Source: a phage
Sequence record: PX068456.1
DNA length: 64,000 nucleotides
Direction: 5' to 3' (one strand)
Positions within the stretch are counted from its first letter, which is position 1; each line of letters starts with the position of its first letter. The position numbers were made by a program, and so were the translations under genes. Positions 38,060 through 47,258 of this stretch are shown one piece after another. The notes beneath the pieces were generated by a model. It had not been told where the DNA came from. It did no database searches and worked only from the letters and a program-made list of their open reading frames with translations.

Positions 38060-38614
38060 ATGATTCAAGCAACAAAAATCGAAGATTTGTTGATCATTCA
38101 ACCTGACGTTTACGGAGATGAACGTGGCTTTTTCTTAGAAAGTTTTAATCAGGCTTTATATGATCAATACATAGGTAAACAAAACTTTGTCCAGGATAAC
38201 CACTCACGTTCTATTCGAGGAGTTCTACGTGGGCTTCATTTTCAAAAGAAAAACCCACAAGGGAAGTTAGTACGTTGTGTTCGTGGTGAAGTTTATGATG
38301 TTGCTGTAGATATTAGGGTTGGTAGTCCAACATTTGGAGAATGGGTAGGTGTTCTCTTATCTGAAAAGAATAAAACACAATTTTGGATTCCTCCTGGTTT
38401 CGCTCATGGCTTTGTTGTGATTAGCGACATTGCTGATTTTGAATATAAATGTACAGAATATTACGATCCGACTTCAGAGTGTAGTCTTGCGTGGAATGAT
38501 CCAGATATCAATATAGATTGGGGTTTTGATTTAATCTTTAATGATATTAATTTTAAACCTATCTTGTCACAAAAAGATCAGCAAGCCAAAACACTAAAGG
38601 AGATCATATTTTGA
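38060..38614 (+). CDS. rmlC: dTDP-4-dehydrorhamnose 3,5-epimerase
   Basis: 184-aa cupin with RGFFLESF and RGLHFQ motifs. Confidence 0.8.
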   Translation: MIQATKIEDLLIIQPDVYGDERGFFLESFNQALYDQYIGKQNFVQDNHSRSIRGVLRGLHFQKKNPQGKLVRCVRGEVYDVAVDIRVGSPTFGEWVGVLLSEKNKTQFWIPPGFAHGFVVISDIADFEYKCTEYYDPTSECSLAWNDPDINIDWGFDLIFNDINFKPILSQKDQQAKTLKEIIF

Positions 38615-39441
38615 CAAAATTTTTAATCTTTGGTTCAAAAGGTCAATTAGGACAGTCTTTGGCAAAAGTTGCGCCCGAAGATGTTATTTTGATTGAAGCA
38701 AGTGATGTAGACATTACCAACTTTAAAGATGTTATGAATAGTCTTGTACAGCATGTGCCTGATGTTGTTGTGAATTGTGCGGCTTACACGGCAGTAGATA
38801 AAGCTGAAGAAGATGTTAACACCTGTATAAATGTTAATGCATACGGTGCAACAAACATTGCCAAAGCATGTAATGATTTACTGATACAGTTTGTACATAT
38901 TTCAACAGACTATGTTTTTGATGGGCATGTTGCTGGCACAGAAGAGAGTAAAACAAACCCCTTGAACACCTACGGTTACAGTAAACAATTAGGTGAAACT
39001 TTAGTACAAACAGTTTGTCCTACAGCACTTATTATCAGAACAGCTTCTGTTTATAGTGAGTTTGGACATAACTTTTTGAAAACTATGTTGGAACGCTACA
39101 ACGGTGGTCAAAAAGAATTTAATGTAGTATGTGATCATTTATCATGTCCTACTTATGCACCTGATCTTGCAGAAACAATTTTTAAACTTGTAAAAGATGG
39201 TGTAAATAGTAAAATTGTACACTATGCAGGTGCAGATTATATTTCTTGGTATGATTTTGCACGAAAGATATTTCTTGTTATAGATTTATCTGTTACAGTT
39301 AATCCTGTATCTGCTTCAACCTATAATTCCAAAGCAGTCAGACCAGCAACATCTTATTTAAAAACAGATCCTACTTTAAATCCGCGAAGTGTTGATAGCG
39401 GTATTGTAAGAACTTTAACTATACTTTTAAACAAGGAGTGA
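38611..39441 (+). CDS. rmlD: dTDP-4-dehydrorhamnose reductase
   Basis: 276 aa, N-terminal FGSKGQLGQ Rossmann motif; last gene of the rml operon. Confidence 0.7.
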   Translation: MTKFLIFGSKGQLGQSLAKVAPEDVILIEASDVDITNFKDVMNSLVQHVPDVVVNCAAYTAVDKAEEDVNTCINVNAYGATNIAKACNDLLIQFVHISTDYVFDGHVAGTEESKTNPLNTYGYSKQLGETLVQTVCPTALIIRTASVYSEFGHNFLKTMLERYNGGQKEFNVVCDHLSCPTYAPDLAETIFKLVKDGVNSKIVHYAGADYISWYDFARKIFLVIDLSVTVNPVSASTYNSKAVRPATSYLKTDPTLNPRSVDSGIVRTLTILLNKE

Positions 39442-39704
39442 AAATGAATTTTATTATCTACGGTAAACCAAATTGTCCTTTCTGCACTAACGCTAAGACT
39501 CTACTGGAACAGCGTGAACAGGATTTTAAATATCTTACCTTAGATGAAGACTATTCTTTAGATCAGATTCAGAATCTGGTTTTAGAGAAAACAGGTGTTC
39601 TGCCACGTACCTTTCCTCAAATTTTTGTGGAAGATGGTGAACATCTAACCCACGTAGGAGGTTTTTCTGAACTACGTGAATTCATGGCTCAGATTGCGGA
39701 GTAA
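39438..39704 (+). CDS. glutaredoxin / NrdH-like redoxin
   Basis: 88 aa with CPFC active site near the N-terminus. Confidence 0.8.
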   Translation: MKMNFIIYGKPNCPFCTNAKTLLEQREQDFKYLTLDEDYSLDQIQNLVLEKTGVLPRTFPQIFVEDGEHLTHVGGFSELREFMAQIAE

Positions 39705-39708
39705 CAAT

Positions 39709-39852
39709 ATGAAAGGTAAACAGAAACGTAAGATCTTTTCTCGTGCTTTGGCAACAGAGCTTAAGTCCCAAACTAAAAAGACGAAGCCTAAACGTGAAAT
39801 GTCTCCTGAACACCTACTGTTTCAAGAGCTAGATCATGGGGAGGGCGACTAA
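39709..39852 (+). CDS. small basic protein (47 aa, not in the ORF track)
   Basis: Lys/Arg-rich ORF filling the gap before the lysozyme gene. Confidence 0.3.
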   Translation: MKGKQKRKIFSRALATELKSQTKKTKPKREMSPEHLLFQELDHGEGD

Positions 39853-39864
39853 TATAAGGAAAAC

Positions 39865-40365
39865 ATGGCTAAAGTAGTTGATGTGTTTGATATGTTACGT
39901 TTTGATGAAGGACTAAAGCTAACTGTATACACTGATACCGAAGGGTATTGGACGGTTGGTATTGGACACCTTCTGACAAAACTTAAAGATAAATCAGAAG
40001 CTATACGCATTCTTGATAACTTAGTAGGTAGAAAAACTAATGGGGTTATTACTGAAGCGGAAGCTAGAAAAATCTTTGAGGGTGACGTAAAGAAAGCGAT
40101 ACAACAAATCCATTCAAGTACCATATTATCTCCTATTTACGATAAAGTAAGTCCTAATCGTAAAATGGCTATTATCAATATGGTATTTCAAATGGGGTTG
40201 AAAGGTGCAGAATCTTTCAAAAATAGCTTGACTTTAGTGAGTAATTCATATTATACTCAAGCCTCTATAAATTTACGTAAAAGTAAATGGTATCGCCAAA
40301 CGCCTAATCGCGCAGAGCGTGTAATTCAGGTGCTTAAAACTGGAACATTAGACGCTTATAACTAA
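39865..40365 (+). CDS. endolysin, T4-type lysozyme (GH24)
   Basis: N-terminus MLRFDEGLKLTVYTDTEGYWTVGIGHLLTK matches the T4 lysozyme catalytic region (Glu, Asp, Thr). Confidence 0.85.
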   Translation: MAKVVDVFDMLRFDEGLKLTVYTDTEGYWTVGIGHLLTKLKDKSEAIRILDNLVGRKTNGVITEAEARKIFEGDVKKAIQQIHSSTILSPIYDKVSPNRKMAIINMVFQMGLKGAESFKNSLTLVSNSYYTQASINLRKSKWYRQTPNRAERVIQVLKTGTLDAYN

Positions 40366-40367
40366 AC

Positions 40368-40390
40368 AAAGGGGCGAAAGCCCCTTTTAT
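40368..40390 (+). terminator. rho-independent terminator
   Basis: ggggcgaaagcccc hairpin plus ttttat. Confidence 0.6.
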
Positions 40391-40403
40391 AAGGAGTGCA
40401 AAC

Positions 40404-41156
40404 ATGGGAAATAAAACCGCAAAGGCTCGTCGTCAATCAGCAGCCAATGATGACAAACGTGCCAGTCGTTATGCGGCTAAAGCAGTAGGAAATGATGATT
40501 ACCGTCTTGATGAATTTACCCCTGTTGGGAATCAAGAAGCTATTGTAAGAAGCATGGTTTGGAATGATTTAACCATTGTTAATGCCCCAGCAGGAACAGG
40601 AAAAACGACAACAGCACTATGGAAAGCATTGCAAATGCTTAAAGCTGGTGACTTCAGAAAGTTGATTTTCCTTAAAAACCCGACAGAAGTAGGTGATGAC
40701 CAAATCGGTTTCTTATCTGGAGATAAGACTGATAAACTAGCAGCACACTACGAGTCAACTAAAAGAATTTTCCAACAGTTTATGACTGCAAATAAATTGG
40801 AAAACGATATTGCAAGTGGCAAAATTGAACTTAATATTCCAAACTATGCACTAGGTGCTACGTGGGATAACAGCATTATTCTTATTGATGAAGTTCAACT
40901 TATGTCACCAAACACAGTAAAACTTCTCCTTGAGCGAGCAGGTCTTAATACACGAATTGTCATTATGGGTGATGTTAATCAAACATATGCAATTAAACGA
41001 AGAGCTAACGGGTTAGGTGATTTGTTAGATCGTGTTGTTCCTATTAACGAAGAAGGAGAAAGGGAAGCTATTGTAGATTTTATTGGTTATGTTGAAATGA
41101 CAACTGCTGATAACCAACGTTCCCGTTTGTCTCAGTTCATCACGGAAGTATATTAA
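40404..41156 (+). CDS. phoH: PhoH-like ATPase
   Basis: Walker A NAPAGTGKTT, 250 aa. Confidence 0.8.
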   Translation: MGNKTAKARRQSAANDDKRASRYAAKAVGNDDYRLDEFTPVGNQEAIVRSMVWNDLTIVNAPAGTGKTTTALWKALQMLKAGDFRKLIFLKNPTEVGDDQIGFLSGDKTDKLAAHYESTKRIFQQFMTANKLENDIASGKIELNIPNYALGATWDNSIILIDEVQLMSPNTVKLLLERAGLNTRIVIMGDVNQTYAIKRRANGLGDLLDRVVPINEEGEREAIVDFIGYVEMTTADNQRSRLSQFITEVY

Positions 41157-41192
41157 TAATTACAAGGCAAGGATGCCTGTTATGGAGGTTAA

Positions 41193-41687
41193 ATGACGCT
41201 AATTGAGATTGATCGCAATGGTATTGATGAATGCTATCAAGCTGGCTTAGTTAAGCCGAATGAGTTTAGACAGATTTATATTGACAAGATTGAAAAAGAA
41301 ATATCTCTTCGTTTAGAGAACATGACAACTTTGCAAAAAGTTCAGATGTTTTTTAGTTGGTTAAAAGGAGAGGATTGGCTAACTAAATATTACCAGGAAT
41401 TATCTGATAGTCAAGAAGGCTTGTTTGAGTGTATAATAAATGTAGCCGGATCTAATTCAGAATTACTCCTGATTGATGAAGAAGATTCTAAACTTCTTTT
41501 TCTTAGCAGTATCTTTCACAAGAAGTCTATGTTAGTAAGAAATTGCAGTGATTTACTAAATCATCCACTAACAAGAACTAATAAAATTCTTGTGGATAAA
41601 GAAACACTAAGAGCTATTGATTACCTACGTAAGTATGTAAGCGGTGGTAAAGCAGTCCTTAAAACACTACAGGAGGAAGTACAATGA
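41193..41687 (+). CDS. hypothetical protein upstream of the HslV-like gene
   Basis: 164-aa ORF, ATGA overlap with the next gene. Confidence 0.5.
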   Translation: MTLIEIDRNGIDECYQAGLVKPNEFRQIYIDKIEKEISLRLENMTTLQKVQMFFSWLKGEDWLTKYYQELSDSQEGLFECIINVAGSNSELLLIDEEDSKLLFLSSIFHKKSMLVRNCSDLLNHPLTRTNKILVDKETLRAIDYLRKYVSGGKAVLKTLQEEVQ

Positions 41688-42337
41688 CAACAATTATTGC
41701 AACACATAACAAAATTCTATCTGACGGTAAAGTAACAGTAGGTAATCGAGTAGACACTTTAAATTTCAAGAAAGTGCGTAAAATTGGGGATTACCTTGTT
41801 GGTGGTGCAGGACGTCTGTCTTCTATCCTGACTTTCTTTTCTTGGTTTGAACAAAACTTACAGTGCCAGGCAGCACAAGAGACAATCCCAGGTTTGGTGA
41901 TCCAATCAGATCCTGATAAAGAAGATGAAGAGTTTGTGGCATTGGTTGTTCACCCAGACGGTAAAATTTATATGCACGAGGGTAATAATCCAACGCGAGC
42001 ATATCCTTTAACTGAAGATTACTATGCTGTTGGTAGTGGGGCAGATTTTGCTTTAGCAGCTTTAGACGCTGGGGCAACCCCAGAAGAAGCGATGGAAGTT
42101 GCAAAACTACGAGATGCTTTTTCAGGCGGTGAAACTTTTGTTGAAGAGATCGAAGAACAACTGGAGCTAACAGCGGAAGATATTCTGAACTTCAGCAAGG
42201 AGCAACTAATTAGTATGCTGTTGACTGGTGATCCTGATAGTGATGAAGCTGAAAGTATTTTAGCAGAAATGAAAGAATCACAAGAAAAAGTGTTGACAGT
42301 CTCTGAAAAACTTGATAAAGTGTCCTCTGATAATTAA
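41684..42337 (+). CDS. HslV-like Ntn-hydrolase (proteasome beta-type peptidase) with acidic C-terminal extension
   Basis: Thr directly after Met (MTTIIA...), KKVRKIGDYLVGGAG and YYAVGSGADFALAA align with HslV MTTIVSV..KKVRRL...GFAGG...GSGG. Confidence 0.6.
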   Translation: MTTIIATHNKILSDGKVTVGNRVDTLNFKKVRKIGDYLVGGAGRLSSILTFFSWFEQNLQCQAAQETIPGLVIQSDPDKEDEEFVALVVHPDGKIYMHEGNNPTRAYPLTEDYYAVGSGADFALAALDAGATPEEAMEVAKLRDAFSGGETFVEEIEEQLELTAEDILNFSKEQLISMLLTGDPDSDEAESILAEMKESQEKVLTVSEKLDKVSSDN

Positions 42338-42346
42338 TCTAACATA

Positions 42347-42366
42347 AACCCCCTCACGGGGGTTAT
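42347..42366 (+). terminator. rho-independent terminator
   Basis: ccccctcacggggg hairpin plus tt. Confidence 0.5.
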
Positions 42367-42377
42367 TAGGAGGAGAT

Positions 42378-42806
42378 ATGTTACCAGTACCTGTAATCTT
42401 TGTAGAAAAAGCCTATTACTCTTTAGAACAAAACTGTAAAAGGGCTAAAAATTTTATTGAAAGTTTAGCAGAACAGCGTTATACTGTATCTAAAAAGGGA
42501 TGGTTCAGAACTTCACAATATCTAGTCAACCCTTTCGGAGAAGTTCGTGTGTTGTACGGCAACACAGAAAATATCTTAGAAAGAATGTTAGAACTAGATA
42601 GGATCTCCTCCTGTGATTATCAACTGTTGAAATTTTACGATGTGTCAGAAAACGTTAAAAACTTTCTTGACGACTTATGTAAACGAAAAACAGAAGAAGA
42701 TACAATACCAGTATCTATGGAAGAATTAACGTTCTTAAGAGATATTATGGTTTTTGAAGAAAACCCTGAAATCACAAAAGAGGAGATTTTAAGTAGTGGC
42801 AAATAA
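42378..42806 (+). CDS. hypothetical protein
   Basis: 142-aa ORF after aggaggagatATG. Confidence 0.5.
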   Translation: MLPVPVIFVEKAYYSLEQNCKRAKNFIESLAEQRYTVSKKGWFRTSQYLVNPFGEVRVLYGNTENILERMLELDRISSCDYQLLKFYDVSENVKNFLDDLCKRKTEEDTIPVSMEELTFLRDIMVFEENPEITKEEILSSGK

Positions 42807-43305
42807 GTATGATCGTCCACCAACTGATTACTATCCTACTCCACAAAAATGTATAAATGCATTATTTAGTGTAATAGATTTTAATAACCTTAAAGAAGAA
42901 GGTTTTATTTTTGCAGAACCGTGTAAAGGTGCTGCTGCTGCAATTTATCAACATTTTCCAGAAGGATCAGAATATTGTGAGTTAGAAGAAGGGAAGGATT
43001 ATTTTAACCACGAATGGCATACTAAGCCGGATATTATAATCACAAATCCACCATTCAGACTTGCACTTGAGTTCTTGCAAAAGAGCTTAAAAGAAGCAGA
43101 CGTTTGCATATACTTGTTGCGTCTTGGGTTCCTAGAGTCTATTAAACGAAGGGAATTCCATAAACAGAACCCACCAACAAATTTGATTGTTCTTTCTGAA
43201 CGACCATCTTTTGTTGCAGGTGGTACTGACAAGACAGCATATGCTTGGTACGTCTACGACCCAAAAAACAGGCTGGGTTTAACTCAACCTTTCTATTTTG
43301 TTTAA
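42796..43305 (+). CDS. putative N6-adenine DNA methyltransferase (small)
   Basis: GTG start; DYYPTP near the N-terminus and catalytic NPPF. Confidence 0.5.
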   Translation: MANKYDRPPTDYYPTPQKCINALFSVIDFNNLKEEGFIFAEPCKGAAAAIYQHFPEGSEYCELEEGKDYFNHEWHTKPDIIITNPPFRLALEFLQKSLKEADVCIYLLRLGFLESIKRREFHKQNPPTNLIVLSERPSFVAGGTDKTAYAWYVYDPKNRLGLTQPFYFV

Positions 43306-43318
43306 GAGGAGCATTTTT

Positions 43319-43549
43319 ATGACCGAGAAATTTATTGTTACTATGGAACTCACCTTTGATGAAGAAGATTTTGATCTTCATGTATCAACTAAAGCAGATA
43401 ACATTCACACAACACAGAGTGTTGCAATCGCTATGTTCTTTAAGCAAGCAATTGCAAAACAAGCTGAAGTGTGTGCTGGTTTAGCTGTAGAGTACGCAGA
43501 AGTTGTCAAGGTTCTTGAAAGTGCTCGCAACAACGATTGGGATGAATAA
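43319..43549 (+). CDS. hypothetical protein
   Basis: start at the ATG after agaggag (MTEKFIV...). Confidence 0.45.
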   Translation: MTEKFIVTMELTFDEEDFDLHVSTKADNIHTTQSVAIAMFFKQAIAKQAEVCAGLAVEYAEVVKVLESARNNDWDE

Positions 43550-43752
43550 TGGCATACAATTACTATCTGGTATATTTTAACGAAACTAAGAAAAAAGACA
43601 CAGGAACTAATGTTTATGCGGAATCCGAAGAACACGCAAAAGCTATTGGTTCAGTGCTTCTTTCTAGAATAGCAGGTGAAGAAATTCCTGTAGAGGCTAT
43701 CTTTGCAGAAGTTGACCCTGGTATTCAAGAAGATGATATTACCACTACTTAA
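43549..43752 (+). CDS. hypothetical protein
   Basis: 67-aa ORF, ATAATG overlap. Confidence 0.45.
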   Translation: MAYNYYLVYFNETKKKDTGTNVYAESEEHAKAIGSVLLSRIAGEEIPVEAIFAEVDPGIQEDDITTT

Positions 43753-43755
43753 CTG

Positions 43756-43784
43756 TTGACTTTAACATTGAGGTAGTGCATACT
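43756..43784 (+). promoter_or_regulatory. putative sigma70-like promoter
   Basis: TTGACT, 17-bp spacer, CATACT. Confidence 0.35.
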
Positions 43785-43809
43785 TCCTGCAACAGAACAG
43801 GAGGGTATT

Positions 43810-44472
43810 ATGAAGTTTGTACTGTATCATCGACTTTCTAAGAAGAAACAACAAGGCAACCAGTATGGTATAGAATCACAGGAAGCAGATATCCAACGCT
43901 TCCTGGATTCACAAGAAAATTATACTATTGTAGGTAGCTTTGCAGAGTTTTATTCTGGTAAAGGCGATTGGAAGCAACGTAGAGAGCTTGTAAAAGCTGT
44001 TAATCTTTGCAAAGAAACAGGTGCTACACTTGTTGTTGCTAAGGTTGACCGTCTTGGACGTAACACAGCTTCTGTTGCAACCTTGTTAGAGATGATTAAT
44101 GTACGGATAGCAACTATGCCCTCCGCTGAAAATATGATAATAAATATTTTAGCAGTTCTGGCAGAAGAAGAGGCTCGTGCAATATCTGATCGTGTTAAGA
44201 AGAGCCTTAAGGTAGCAAAAGCGAAGGGAACGCTTCTTGGTGCAGCAAACCCTAAATACAAAAGAACAGATTATACGAAAACGGAAGAAGCAAAACGCTC
44301 AAAAGAGTTTGCACTTTCTTTAAAAGATTCTTTAGTTGCATACAGAGCTTGTAAAACGCCATATATGACGATTGCAAAGCATCTGAATGAATCAGGAAAG
44401 AGAACTATTCGTGGGAGTTTGTTCGATGCCAAAGCGGTACAACGTCTTTGTGCAAAATTGAATATTAAATAA
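43810..44472 (+). CDS. serine recombinase (resolvase/invertase family)
   Basis: N-terminal YHRLSKKKQ with candidate catalytic Ser, VVAKVDRLGRN motif, C-terminal HTH. Confidence 0.55.
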   Translation: MKFVLYHRLSKKKQQGNQYGIESQEADIQRFLDSQENYTIVGSFAEFYSGKGDWKQRRELVKAVNLCKETGATLVVAKVDRLGRNTASVATLLEMINVRIATMPSAENMIINILAVLAEEEARAISDRVKKSLKVAKAKGTLLGAANPKYKRTDYTKTEEAKRSKEFALSLKDSLVAYRACKTPYMTIAKHLNESGKRTIRGSLFDAKAVQRLCAKLNIK

Positions 44473-44481
44473 GGAGGAAAC

Positions 44482-44685
44482 ATGGCAGTTCAATCTTTTG
44501 AGGAGACTGTTAAAAAACAATTCCTATCGAAGCGAGCGATGGTTGAATTTTTGCATTTTCTCGAAGTAGATAGGGTACTTATTGAGACTACACCAGATGG
44601 TAACTGGCAAGTCTCGTATATTGCCACCAGGCATATCGTAGACAGTACGAAAGAAGAAAGTTCGGAAGTTACGGTTGCTAGTTAA
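44482..44685 (+). CDS. hypothetical protein
   Basis: 67-aa ORF after aaggaggaaacATG. Confidence 0.45.
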   Translation: MAVQSFEETVKKQFLSKRAMVEFLHFLEVDRVLIETTPDGNWQVSYIATRHIVDSTKEESSEVTVAS

Positions 44686-44696
44686 AGGAGTTAAAT

Positions 44697-45269
44697 ATGC
44701 GTTTAGCTTTTAACGGGAAGATAAGCACAGCAAACATATTGTCAGCAGTAGGATTATTAGGTAAAAAATTTACACCTTTCAGTTTACCAGTTTGTGTAGA
44801 TTTTGATCATGTGTTTGATATTAATAATCCTTCACGTTGTATTGCCAGAAGTAATATTGATAACCCAAGTGAAAATCTGTTTTACATTACTAAACCATCC
44901 CAGGCAATTTTGAATCAATGGGAAGCAGGTCTGATTAAACCAGGTAAATATTTTGCATTACTACCTTGTAAATCATTGGCTATAGAGGACAGTCTAAACT
45001 ATGCAAACAATCTTGTTGTTACAGCATTCATTGTCTCAGAAAAAGAAGAAACTGCGGCACTTGCAAATACTGTTAAATCTTTGTATGATGCTTTGGGTGT
45101 TACTTACACTACATTCGTTTGTGAAGATATTCCACATTGCGTTGAATTTGTAGTAAATGGTGTAACTGTATGTCGTGTAGAAACAACGCAAGATGAGGAC
45201 GTTTTTATTACTGTAGCCGATGTAATATCTGAACCTGTGTTTAGTTACGCAGTTTCATTAACACATTAA
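44697..45269 (+). CDS. hypothetical protein
   Basis: 190-aa ORF. Confidence 0.5.
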   Translation: MRLAFNGKISTANILSAVGLLGKKFTPFSLPVCVDFDHVFDINNPSRCIARSNIDNPSENLFYITKPSQAILNQWEAGLIKPGKYFALLPCKSLAIEDSLNYANNLVVTAFIVSEKEETAALANTVKSLYDALGVTYTTFVCEDIPHCVEFVVNGVTVCRVETTQDEDVFITVADVISEPVFSYAVSLTH

Positions 45270-45279
45270 GGAGAAGGGG

Positions 45280-45606
45280 ATGAAAATAACGACAGAACAG
45301 GCTTTAATAGACAAAGGAAGGGAAATCTTAGAAAGTCATTTGGAGGATATTCAAAGGACTCCAGGGTATCTCGGCTGGCGTATACAAGAAGCCGTCGATT
45401 TTCTACCCCGTAAAAATAAAGAGATTGAGGTAAGATCTCTATTCCTCCTTGTTAAAGTAGATGGTGACGCTATATATAAAGATGTAGCGTCTCACATTGA
45501 ACAAATAGAAGAAAAAGCCTACAAAGAATTTGCAGATCTTGTTGTAGAACATAATATAGAAGGTAAAGTTAATATCTTTATACTTATGGATTTTGAGGAG
45601 AGTTGA
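45280..45606 (+). CDS. hypothetical protein
   Basis: 108-aa ORF after aaggagaagggg. Confidence 0.5.
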   Translation: MKITTEQALIDKGREILESHLEDIQRTPGYLGWRIQEAVDFLPRKNKEIEVRSLFLLVKVDGDAIYKDVASHIEQIEEKAYKEFADLVVEHNIEGKVNIFILMDFEES

Positions 45607-46349
45607 TGCTAGTATATCAAGAAATTAGTGTAAAAGATGATCAAGACCTGTTTATTATTGGTGATTTACATGGTTGCTTTGATTTATACCAGAAAGGTGT
45701 TAATACTTTAGGTATCCGAGATCAAGATGTTGTTGTATCTTTAGGAGATCTTACAGATCGAGGCAAGCAGAATTTTCGTTGTACCGTTGAATTCACCAGA
45801 AAGCTAAATCGCTATGCTATTCGTGGAAATCACGAAGATATGATGATTAAAGGGTTGCTAGAAGGTGATAGACGATATTACGAATGTTGGTTTCAGAACG
45901 GAGGCCATACAGTTCTAAATGAGTGTGGAGAAGAAGGTGCAACTGCTCTTGCTTTGATGCTAGAAGATTTACCTGTTGTACTTGTTGTCAACTATCGTAA
46001 TATGAAACTAGGCTTTATTCACGGAGGATATCCTTCAGTTTTGGAACATCTACCAGTGACGGAAGTTTTGCCATTTTGTTCGAATATGAATAAAGAACAA
46101 GTATCTCGATTCACAGAATCTTTAATGTGGGATCGTGATATGATAGATTGCGCCCTTGAAGGGATTCTTCTTCCTAGAGTTTCAGGAGTAGATTATGTAT
46201 TTCACGGGCATTCTTATGTTCCTAAACCTGTAATTAGCAGTAATAGGGTATATATGGATACTGGATCTGTGTTCAATGGTAATTTAACCTTTGCATATTT
46301 TGATGATTCAAATACGTTACAATTTTATTCTACTTTAGAGGAGGACTAA
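45606..46349 (+). CDS. serine/threonine protein phosphatase (calcineurin-like metallophosphatase)
   Basis: GDLHGCFDL, GDLTDRG and RGNHE motifs; start at the ATG overlapping the upstream stop. Confidence 0.75.
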   Translation: MLVYQEISVKDDQDLFIIGDLHGCFDLYQKGVNTLGIRDQDVVVSLGDLTDRGKQNFRCTVEFTRKLNRYAIRGNHEDMMIKGLLEGDRRYYECWFQNGGHTVLNECGEEGATALALMLEDLPVVLVVNYRNMKLGFIHGGYPSVLEHLPVTEVLPFCSNMNKEQVSRFTESLMWDRDMIDCALEGILLPRVSGVDYVFHGHSYVPKPVISSNRVYMDTGSVFNGNLTFAYFDDSNTLQFYSTLEED

Positions 46350-46669
46350 TGTATAAAGTCACAATTAAAGAGACGGTAGGGAATATTACGAAAGAAACTA
46401 CTATTGAAACGGAAGACGTTGAGTTAGTCAAAGAGCTTTTATTTCCAAAATCAGAAATAAAAGATAATGACGAACAGTTGGATGAAGATAACGATACAGC
46501 AAGGGATAAATGGAAGAAACAACTAGCGGAGATTTGGAAAAAGCCTCAAGTAACGCCTCCATTTGATCCTCGTACACCTTATAGTCCTTGGGAAATTGGA
46601 AGCCCTTGGTTTACGTACCCTATTACTCCAATTGTTACTCCCAGTATTATTCCCAATATTACTTGTTAA
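46349..46669 (+). CDS. hypothetical protein with Pro-rich C-terminus
   Basis: 106-aa ORF. Confidence 0.45.
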   Translation: MYKVTIKETVGNITKETTIETEDVELVKELLFPKSEIKDNDEQLDEDNDTARDKWKKQLAEIWKKPQVTPPFDPRTPYSPWEIGSPWFTYPITPIVTPSIIPNITC

Positions 46670-46679
46670 GGAGAAAACC

Positions 46680-47258
46680 ATGAGCGATTTATTCTACACA
46701 GGTGTTGGTAGCAGAGATATTACAGACGAAGAATGGGACACTATGGTAGCTGTTGCAAAATGGTTATCTACATGGTTCATTTTGCGATCTGGTAAAGCAG
46801 AAGGTGCAGATTCCGCATTTGAATGCGGGGTATATGATAGTGGAAACAATACAAAGAAAGAAATATACATTCCTTGGCCTTCGTTTAAAGGTAATGAGAT
46901 AGAGGGAGAGGTTATTGTTCTTGACAGACCAGATAGTGTAAACTATGCTCTAACCTTGCAATATGCAAAAGAATTGCATCCGGCTTGGGACAGATTATCT
47001 CAAGGTGCTAAAAAATTACATCAAAGGAATATCCACCAAGTTCTTGGCAAAGATCTTGAGAATCCAAAACCGTCTTGTTTTCTTTTAGCTTGTGCAAATA
47101 CAGATAAAAATGGAGATCCTTTGGGTGGTACAAGAACAGCTTGGATGTTGGCTAAAAAGTTTAATGTTCCTTGTTTTAATATTCGAGGTAAAAGTAAAAA
47201 ACAAATCTTCGAATTTATTAAACCTATTTTAGAGGAGAATGGTCTTGTCCAGAAATAA
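46680..47258 (+). CDS. Rossmann-like nucleotide-binding protein (DprA/LOG-like fold), function unknown
   Basis: start at the ATG after ggagaaaacc (MSDLFYTGVGSRDIT...); TGVGSR...GAD pattern. Confidence 0.45.
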   Translation: MSDLFYTGVGSRDITDEEWDTMVAVAKWLSTWFILRSGKAEGADSAFECGVYDSGNNTKKEIYIPWPSFKGNEIEGEVIVLDRPDSVNYALTLQYAKELHPAWDRLSQGAKKLHQRNIHQVLGKDLENPKPSCFLLACANTDKNGDPLGGTRTAWMLAKKFNVPCFNIRGKSKKQIFEFIKPILEENGLVQK

